DNA of 64,000 nt, from assembly GCA_964596395.1 (NCBI GenBank), contig CAZQSY010000005.1, positions 1,628-65,627 on the forward strand, given 5' to 3'. Each line of letters starts with the position of its first letter. Position 1 is the stretch's first letter. Below are positions 57,613 through 64,000 of this stretch, in pieces. Both the position numbers and the translations under genes were made by a program. This DNA is from an uncultured Candidatus Saccharibacteria bacterium. Its GTDB lineage: Bacteria; Patescibacteriota; Minisyncoccia; Phycocordibacterales; UBA9973. A model generated the notes under the pieces. The model was not told the origin of the DNA. It searched no databases and was given only the letters and a program-made list of their open reading frames with translations.

Positions 57613-59454
57613 TTAATTCCGGCGTCTAGTGGGTGAAATCCAGGACCCATTTGACTTAGTAAGATACGCTTTAGGTATTGCAAAAAGGATAGCAACCGAG
57701 TCAAAGAATCTTATGATTGGAAAAAATATCCCAGTTAGTAGATATTCGGGCCTTTTTTGTAAAAGTGCCACTATCAAAGTAATAATATAGTCGAAAGACC
57801 ATATTAATATAAGAAGAATCAATAGAAAATGATAGAATTGCATGAAGTTTGGAAAAAATGAAAAGATGAAAAAATCATAAAATAGAGCATCAGCCATTAA
57901 AAGGAGCGTAGAAATAATAAAGAGTACCGGCACCAAGAAAAAGATTAAACTGCTAAGAAATACTTCAAGTAAGGTTAAAGATAGCGACATCCAAAATTTA
58001 CTCGCCCAAAATCCGTGCAGTCTGACGGTTTGAAATAAACCCAAGTTCCATCTTTTTACTTGACGAAAATAGTCTCTAAAATTATCAGGGTCTTGGGTGT
58101 ATGCAACAACCTTAGGAGTATGCACTATTCTGCCTAATCTTCTATGGTGTATCTCAAAAGTAACATTATAATCTTCAATTACAAGACCTGGTGGATTCAT
58201 GTTTATTTGCCTAAAAATGGATGTCCTGTAGGTGCTAGCGAAGCCAGGTATAATACTGGTTACATTAGCGTGTTTCCACGCCTGGCCAAACTTCAAAATT
58301 CTTTGCATCAAAAAATATACACGATCCCTGTGTGATAGAAACAAAGTCTGCCTCCAGGATTGTTCCTTGGGATTCCATATAGTCGCGGCGTATCCAGCGA
58401 CCGCTACAACTTTGGAATCATTAAAAAAAGGTAAGCAGTTTTTCAAGTAATCATAACGAAGTCTGGTATCAGCGTCGAGAATAATCAGGGCTTTAAATCT
58501 ATCAGCAAGACCGAAATGTTTGATTCCCGCCTCTAAGGCACCTGCTTTCCCTTTACCAGGATTGAACTCTAGAAGACTAAAACCTAATTCTCTTACTATA
58601 TTAGGAGTATTGTCTGTAGAACCATCAGAGACAACAAAGACATTCTCTTTTTTTATAATCTTAACGACAGCATTAAGCATGTCGCCTATCACCAGCTCTT
58701 CGTTGTGGGCCGAAGTAATTACCGCAACTTCTTCCTCTCTTATGGAGTTTTTATTTAGATCAGTCCTGTCACGCCGGAATGGGTATACAAGACTCTCGTG
58801 GAGAATACGCACAAAACCGAAAAAACCCCACAAAATAAAATTAAAACTTAAAGATAGTAAAACAACCCCAAGAGTTAACCATTCTCCCTTTTTAAATTCG
58901 GTGATATCTTGATAGAAAAATTCCTGAAAACTTACTTTTGTTTCTAGTGGAAGTTGTTTCCTTTTAATGCGTTCTCCATTTTCTCCTATTGCTAAGGCTC
59001 TTTCATCTCTCAAGTCGTTAGAAATGGCTAGCATGCAAACTTTTTTAAGCTTAGTCCTCGTAAGAGGACCTATGTGGCCAGTTCCTTTAGTAAGCCCTAG
59101 GGGATATAAAATCTCTGAAGCATATTTTTCCTGAAACCTAATGACCGCATTATAAGTAAGAAAACCGAAGTAGGTGGATTCGTTTCCCTTCGAACCACGA
59201 CCATATTTGGCAACTTTCGTGTCTTCGGATGAGTTTAATGTTTCCTGCAACTTTTTGACTCTGGAATTTTTTACCCCTGGATATAAATACTCAAAAACAC
59301 ACACTTTATCATCTTCTGTGTTTGTGTAAATGCCACTTTTAGAAATACTATTAAAATCAAAAACAAAAAAGAGAGAGGATAAAAACAAGAACGCCACACT
59401 GAATAGCAAAATTTTAACCAACAACCTTAACCTAAGAACTAGAAGAAGTTTCAT
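57613..59454 (-). CDS. Family 2 glycosyltransferase (processive synthase type, QxxRW) with N-terminal peptidoglycan-binding domain
   Basis: PG_binding_1-like YGRGSKGNESTYFGFLTYNAVIRFQ; GT2 motifs VSDGSTDNT, ILDADT, QVKRW; N- and C-terminal TM helices. Confidence 0.8.
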   Translation of the reverse strand: MKLLLVLRLRLLVKILLFSVAFLFLSSLFFVFDFNSISKSGIYTNTEDDKVCVFEYLYPGVKNSRVKKLQETLNSSEDTKVAKYGRGSKGNESTYFGFLTYNAVIRFQEKYASEILYPLGLTKGTGHIGPLTRTKLKKVCMLAISNDLRDERALAIGENGERIKRKQLPLETKVSFQEFFYQDITEFKKGEWLTLGVVLLSLSFNFILWGFFGFVRILHESLVYPFRRDRTDLNKNSIREEEVAVITSAHNEELVIGDMLNAVVKIIKKENVFVVSDGSTDNTPNIVRELGFSLLEFNPGKGKAGALEAGIKHFGLADRFKALIILDADTRLRYDYLKNCLPFFNDSKVVAVAGYAATIWNPKEQSWRQTLFLSHRDRVYFLMQRILKFGQAWKHANVTSIIPGFASTYRTSIFRQINMNPPGLVIEDYNVTFEIHHRRLGRIVHTPKVVAYTQDPDNFRDYFRQVKRWNLGLFQTVRLHGFWASKFWMSLSLTLLEVFLSSLIFFLVPVLFIISTLLLMADALFYDFFIFSFFPNFMQFYHFLLILLILIWSFDYIITLIVALLQKRPEYLLTGIFFPIIRFFDSVAILFAIPKAYLTKSNGSWISPTRRRN

Positions 59455-60421
59455 TTGATAAAATTCTAGCTGAAAAGTTCTTTATAGTCGCTTCGAGCCC
59501 ATCATCGAGAGGAATTTTCTGGCTCCAACCAAGCGCATGAATCTTGTCTAAAACTGGCATTCTAGCAGAATGGTCATGCGCCGGTCTCTTTACGAATTCT
59601 ATGTGGCTCTCCGACCCAGTAAGTTCGATTATTTTTTCTGCAAACCTTCTAATGGTTATTTCTTTATTACTGCCTAAGTTATAAACTTCGCCTGGTATTC
59701 CTTTGTCTATCACTATTTCGAGTCCATCAATGATGTCAGACACAAAACAAAACGTGCGGCGCTGGCTACCATCGCCGGTAACAGGCAAGGGTCCACCTTT
59801 TAAAGCTGATACCACACATCTTGATATCACCCTAGTGTCTTCCAATGCCATATTCGGGCCATACGCATTAAAAAGCCTCACAATAGTCGCGTGCACTCCA
59901 TACTTTCTTACAAAATGTGAAACGATAGTTTCCGCAAACCTTTTCCCCTCTTCGTAGCTCGCCCTCCAACCGGTCGTCTCTACATTTCCGGTATAAGTTT
60001 CGGCCTGCGGAGTAACCAGGGGCTCTCCGTACACTTCAGAAGAGCTGGTGAGTATAAACTTAGAGCCGTGCTTTCTGGCAACTTCTAGAGTATTCCAAGT
60101 ACCGATACTACAGGCAAGAAGCATTTCTTCACTTAAACGCTCTATGTTCGGCACGCCAGTCGCACAAGCTAATTCGAAAATTTGGTCAAATTTAACTCCA
60201 ACATTGTCGCAAAATAAAGAAAAAGCTTTTTCTTCAATTCCACATTTAAAAAAATCAAAATTGGGGTATCTAAGCAAGCCCTCAACATTTTCTTTGGTAC
60301 CGGTTAGCAGATTATCAACCCCCCAAACATTGTGCCCGTCCTTCAAGAGCTTCTCGCTCAAATTTGAACCCAGGAATCCAGCCGCCCCAGTTACCAATAT
60401 ATCCATATTTTTACCTACCAA
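59432..60421 (-). CDS. UDP-glucuronate decarboxylase (UDP-xylose synthase)-like NAD-dependent epimerase/dehydratase
   Basis: ILVTGAAGFLGSNL Rossmann motif, catalytic YEEGK (YxxxK), UXS-like length and motifs. Confidence 0.75.
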   Translation of the reverse strand: MVGKNMDILVTGAAGFLGSNLSEKLLKDGHNVWGVDNLLTGTKENVEGLLRYPNFDFFKCGIEEKAFSLFCDNVGVKFDQIFELACATGVPNIERLSEEMLLACSIGTWNTLEVARKHGSKFILTSSSEVYGEPLVTPQAETYTGNVETTGWRASYEEGKRFAETIVSHFVRKYGVHATIVRLFNAYGPNMALEDTRVISRCVVSALKGGPLPVTGDGSQRRTFCFVSDIIDGLEIVIDKGIPGEVYNLGSNKEITIRRFAEKIIELTGSESHIEFVKRPAHDHSARMPVLDKIHALGWSQKIPLDDGLEATIKNFSARILSNETSSSS

Positions 60422-61691
60422 TACCTTGGTATACTATGCCAAAATTAATAAAGCTTTCTTTGTTTAGACAATTTCTGCCATCTATCAAAATTTCTATGCC
60501 GTGCTTCTTAAAAGATTTTGGGGTAAGAATTCCAAACTCATCATGGTCAGTGGCAATAACCACAGCTTTCGCTGAAGAAAGTGCCTCATCGAGACTTGAT
60601 GTGCTTTTCTCTTTTATATACGGATCATAGCAAGAAACCTTAATCCCCTTTTCTTTTAAAACCTCAATTATTTTATACGACGGACTTTCCCTATCATCGC
60701 CTGTGTTTGCCTTATAAGACAAACCAAGCAAGGCCACTTTTGTACCTTTACACGGAAGGCCTTTCTCTTTTAATTTTTTAATCAAAGTGTCTACGGTAAA
60801 GCGTGGCATACTGTTATTAATCTCACGAGCCAGAGATAGAAACCTATGGTTAAAACCATTCTGTTTTGCATATTCTATAAGATAGTATGGGTCTACCGGT
60901 ATACAGTGCCCCCCCACTCCGCAACCCGGGAAATGAGGCATAAAGGCAAAAGGTTTAGTCGAAGCGCCTTCGATCACATTCACTACATCTATTCCCAGAT
61001 GCGAAAAAGACTGCGCTAATTCGTTCACAAAAGCTATATTTATATCCCGGAAAGAGTTTTCTACCACCTTTACCGCCTCAGCCTCTTTTATGGAATTCAT
61101 GGGTTTAACGGGCGCAGAGATTATTGAGGAGTAAAAATTTACCGCCTTTTTTAAACCGACTTTTTCCAAACTCCCCACAACACGGGAAATGTTTCCAACA
61201 TGCCATTTTTTGTCTCCGGGATTAATACGCTCCGGACAATGCGCTAAATGAAAATCAATGCCGGCACGGAGACCTGTTTCCTTCTCTAGAAGTGGCACAA
61301 TAATTTCTTCGCAAACACCTGGGTTTACGGTGGATTCTAATATAACAAGCTGGCCCTTTCGAAGGTGCCGGGCAATACCTCTGCAGGCCATTTCCACGGG
61401 TCTTAAGTTTGGCATGTAATTCTCGTAAACTGGGGTCGGTACGCAAATGACGATAATAGACGCATCAGCCACTACTCCAAAGTCATCGGTTGCCTTGAGA
61501 GAGGTTTTTTTTATATCCTTAGAAATTTTTTCATCTGGAAAGGGAGGTACACGCCTGTTGATAGAATTTATCCTCGATAAATTATTATCTATTCCAACAA
61601 CCGAATACCCCTTACGGTCTGCAAGTAACGCTAAAGGCAATCCCACATAGCCCAACCCGACGATTACAACAACCGAAGATTTTTTTTTCAT
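60411..61691 (-). CDS. ugd: UDP-glucose 6-dehydrogenase family (nucleotide-sugar dehydrogenase)
   Basis: VVVIVGLGYVGLPLALL NAD-binding, catalytic GFGGHCIPVDP region (GCGVGGHCIPVDPYY), C-terminal UDP-binding domain. Confidence 0.85.
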   Translation of the reverse strand: MKKKSSVVVIVGLGYVGLPLALLADRKGYSVVGIDNNLSRINSINRRVPPFPDEKISKDIKKTSLKATDDFGVVADASIIVICVPTPVYENYMPNLRPVEMACRGIARHLRKGQLVILESTVNPGVCEEIIVPLLEKETGLRAGIDFHLAHCPERINPGDKKWHVGNISRVVGSLEKVGLKKAVNFYSSIISAPVKPMNSIKEAEAVKVVENSFRDINIAFVNELAQSFSHLGIDVVNVIEGASTKPFAFMPHFPGCGVGGHCIPVDPYYLIEYAKQNGFNHRFLSLAREINNSMPRFTVDTLIKKLKEKGLPCKGTKVALLGLSYKANTGDDRESPSYKIIEVLKEKGIKVSCYDPYIKEKSTSSLDEALSSAKAVVIATDHDEFGILTPKSFKKHGIEILIDGRNCLNKESFINFGIVYQGIGR

Positions 61692-61860
61692 CCTTCAGGA
61701 AAATATTAAACCTAATAAAAAAAACAGCTTCAGAAAAACTGATAATTGAGACTAACATAACAAAAAAGGACTGTCAATACTCGAAGGAAAATACAAACGA
61801 AACGAATACATAAAAAAGCATTCTTATATAAAAGTCTTAAAATACTAGTCGATTCCGGTT

Positions 61861-61980
61861 TTATCTCTTCTTCGCGAGTTTCTTCGCAAGCATTTGGTGT
61901 TTTATCGCTAGGCGCTTCTTGGTTTTGTGCGAACGCCTGGATTTTTTCTTCGGGCTTAATGTTGTTCCTCTTTTGGCCAT
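61861..61980 (-). CDS. 39-aa highly basic protein, possibly ribosomal protein bL34-like
   Basis: Own translation: MAKRGTTLSPKKKSRRSHKTKKRLAIKHQMLAKKLAKKR*. It loosely follows the bL34 pattern (KRT.QP..KR..SHGFRARM...GR.VLARRRAKGR). Not in the ORF track because it is under 60 aa. Confidence 0.3.
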   Translation of the reverse strand: MAKRGTTLSPKKKSRRSHKTKKRLAIKHQMLAKKLAKKR

Positions 61981-62027
61981 AAAAATTTTCCTTAATTAAT
62001 AATTTATAAAACTCAAGCTTCATTATA

Positions 62028-62393
62028 TCATCGAGTCCCCTTTCCGGGTATAAATTTCATTGATATTGAATTTACGCAATACCTTTTGTTTTTATCAGTT
62101 AAATGTTCGCCGACAAACAGGTGCCCTAAATGTCCGTTGCAATTAGCGCAAGTTATTTCAGTACGAATTCCGTCGGCATCCAAACTTTTACGCACCGCCC
62201 CTGGCATTTCATCATCAAAAGAAGGCCAGCCGCAATCGGATTCAAATTTGTCTTTTGAATTATATAAGGGGGCCTCGCACTGCCGGCAAACATACACGCC
62301 TGTTTCTTTGGTATTTACATATTCCCCCGTAAAGGGCGCCTCGGTACCCTTACCGATAATTATTATTTTTTCTTCCTCAGTTAATTCTTTCAT
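62028..62393 (-). CDS. msrB: Peptide-methionine (R)-S-oxide reductase
   Basis: CRQCEAPLY...CGWPSF..., [12 protein letters not shown] zinc-binding and catalytic Cys motifs. Confidence 0.9.
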   Translation of the reverse strand: MKELTEEEKIIIIGKGTEAPFTGEYVNTKETGVYVCRQCEAPLYNSKDKFESDCGWPSFDDEMPGAVRKSLDADGIRTEITCANCNGHLGHLFVGEHLTDKNKRYCVNSISMKFIPGKGTR

Positions 62394-62410
62394 ATATTTT
62401 TAATTTTCTA

Positions 62411-62830
62411 CTATATGAAAGCTTTAGTTTTTCGAATCGAGTCTAAAATACCTTCATGGGTAATTATCCTTTCCGCTTCTTCTGGTGTAGCCCACTTATA
62501 ATCAATCTGTTCGTTTTTATCTAGAACTATATCCCCAGAAACATATCTGCAAATAAAGCTCACCCCTAGATGTTCTGCTCTTTCTTTCCCCCTATAAAAA
62601 TGGAAAGTGTTGAAGGGCTGAATTATTTCAATTTCAAGTCCTACTTCTTCCTTTACTTCACGCTTCGCCGCATCCTCTAATGATTCATTTTGATTTACTC
62701 TGCCCGTTAAAATCTCCCATTCGCCAGGCAAGTGATCCCTTTCAAACGAGCGCTGGGTAATAAGAATTTTGCCATCTTTAATGATTACCGCCTCTATTGC
62801 TACATTAAAAGTTCCTGGTGGTTGCCACAT
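62411..62830 (-). CDS. NUDIX hydrolase
   Basis: Nudix box GRVNQNESLEDAAKREVKEEVGLEI. Confidence 0.8.
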   Translation of the reverse strand: MWQPPGTFNVAIEAVIIKDGKILITQRSFERDHLPGEWEILTGRVNQNESLEDAAKREVKEEVGLEIEIIQPFNTFHFYRGKERAEHLGVSFICRYVSGDIVLDKNEQIDYKWATPEEAERIITHEGILDSIRKTKAFI

Positions 62831-62848
62831 AAAAATATAATATCATAC

Positions 62849-63436
62849 CTATTTTTCTTTCAAAACTTCTTCTATCCTGTTTGTCGTAATTGGGTTATTT
62901 ACATCATCTAATATCATTCGATTCTTCAACTTACCCCATAGAGTATTGTCCCTTTTAAAGCCGAAAGATTCTGCGTTTTTTAGAGAAGGCGCATTTTTTT
63001 TATTTATAAAAATACGTACCTCTTTTCCTCCCCGCGTCTTTATTTCAATTAGACGTATTGCCGTTAATCTTGCACCGATTCTTGCCCTTCTAAATTCGCT
63101 TTTTACGCCGAGATTGAACAAATGCCAGATTCCCTTTATTTTTTCTGCACGACCCATTCCTACTACTTCAGAGCCCCTTAAAGCAATAACAGAAAATTTA
63201 TCTTTACCAAAAAGAATATCTTTCCATTCTTCCTCTGTCCTTTCTTTTATTTCTCTAATTTGTCTAGGGGAAGCAACATGGCGGTTACCGCCTTCATTAT
63301 TCAAGAGATTTAAGCGAAAATCTCGAAGTTCTTTCCATTCTTCGGGCAAGGCAATCTTTACCTCAACATACAATTTTTTGCTAGAGTTTTCTCCTTTCTC
63401 AGAAAGAGGGGGAGTATCGAATTGATCCTTTCCCAT
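62849..63436 (-). CDS. GNAT-family N-acetyltransferase
   Basis: VVGMGRAEK...LGVKSEFRRARIGARL resembles the acetyl-CoA-binding motif A region. Confidence 0.45.
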   Translation of the reverse strand: MGKDQFDTPPLSEKGENSSKKLYVEVKIALPEEWKELRDFRLNLLNNEGGNRHVASPRQIREIKERTEEEWKDILFGKDKFSVIALRGSEVVGMGRAEKIKGIWHLFNLGVKSEFRRARIGARLTAIRLIEIKTRGGKEVRIFINKKNAPSLKNAESFGFKRDNTLWGKLKNRMILDDVNNPITTNRIEEVLKEK

Positions 63437-63489
63437 AGTTTTATTTTATCAAAGCGGAAGCAATGGTGCGATAAATTTCTCTCATACTA

Positions 63490-64000
63490 TTAATTTGTTT
63501 TTACTTTTACATTCCCGACCATATATTCTGTTCCTATGAAAGAAAGCGCGTCGATATCGGGGTCAGACAATCTAATCAGGTCTAGGTCGGGACGGTCTAA
63601 TATCTCCATTCCTTTTATTTTCGTGCCGCCTAGTAAAGAACTCTTTAATTCCGAGTATTCTTTACTATCTAAAACTAAATCAATGTCGCCCACTTCCGGC
63701 CTGTCGGGGTCTGGTCTGCGAATATAGAGATAGGTATACGTGGTAGTGGGGACATCCCCGCGAGCAGGAATTACTATTGGATCATTTAGCCGAAAATATT
63801 TCTGATTCCAATTATCCGAAGCTTCCGTCATTTCTTCTCGCAGTTTCGTGAGAAATTTATATTCATCATCATAATGACAAAAAATTCCGATATTTCCTGC
63901 GACAGGAAGAAGCTTCCCGAAAACTTTTTTACATAATTCAAAACAAGCAAAGTGTGTATGCCTTACGGCTTCAAGTAGTTGTTCTTTACTTTCTATTGGG
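63490..64000 (-). CDS. hypothetical protein, N-terminally truncated by the window end
   Basis: The minus-strand frame stays open from the window end through the listed 63490-63831 ORF (..NIGIFCHYDDEYKFLTKLREEMTEASDNWNQKYF..), so the gene starts beyond 64000. Confidence 0.35.
   Translation of the reverse strand, partial: PIESKEQLLEAVRHTHFACFELCKKVFGKLLPVAGNIGIFCHYDDEYKFLTKLREEMTEASDNWNQKYFRLNDPIVIPARGDVPTTTYTYLYIRRPDPDRPEVGDIDLVLDSKEYSELKSSLLGGTKIKGMEILDRPDLDLIRLSDPDIDALSFIGTEYMVGNVKVKTN

Noticed and set aside
61730-62023. 97-aa minus-strand ORF between ugd and msrB
   Set aside because: No recognisable features. It overlaps, in another frame, the 39-aa basic ORF that looks more gene-like. 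Kept only as an alternative.
1-64000. CRISPR arrays, tRNA and rRNA genes
   Set aside because: I saw no arrays of regularly spaced direct repeats, no GGTTCGAATCC-type T-arm motifs or cloverleaf candidates, and no rRNA-like segments. The only regular repeats are the intragenic 240-bp coding repeats in the adhesin gene.

Overview
This window reads as a low-GC, gene-dense bacterial segment, mostly minus-strand housekeeping genes, with gene content typical of Candidate Phyla Radiation / Patescibacteria-like genomes (inference only). Recognisable genes include a glycerate-to-PEP module (D-2-hydroxyacid dehydrogenase, MOFRL glycerate kinase, enolase, PEP synthase), lepA, an ABC exporter, murJ, leuS, ychF, split transketolase (tktN/tktC), rpe, rpiB, cysK, dapF, gap, dnaE, pth, lepB, hisS, def, fmt, hpf, a YefM/PemK toxin-antitoxin pair, three GH130-like modules, a 587-aa Cys-rich protein, and a cell-surface cluster (1933-aa adhesin-like protein with CE4/HYR/dockerin-like parts, GT2 synthase with PG-binding domain, UXS, UGD). 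The most interesting signal is a REP/RAYT system. A HUH-Y1 'REP-associated tyrosine transposase' gene (24683-25315) sits with a short-chain dehydrogenase (SDR) between the two halves of the split transketolase operon. It is bounded by inverted copies of a perfect 23-bp palindrome, ACTTGGAAGTC[C/G]GACTTCCAAGT. I found this palindrome six times plus one degenerate copy: two copies are in-frame inside the RAYT gene itself and two are in-frame inside leuS (each adding LGSRTSKL). A second roughly 70-bp MITE-like element with a GC-rich core is inserted in-frame into leuS and into an RlmI-like rRNA methyltransferase, recalling the Rickettsia palindromic-element phenomenon. leuS also carries a complete NUDIX domain (canonical Nudix box) between the editing domain and the downstream core. 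Two further insertion scars are visible, where small hypothetical genes lie just downstream of tktC and pth, each flanked by a duplicated 3'-end fragment of the housekeeping gene. Several genes show an extended -10 (TGnTATAAT) 6-9 nt before the start codon, suggesting leaderless transcripts. I found no tRNA, rRNA or CRISPR array.
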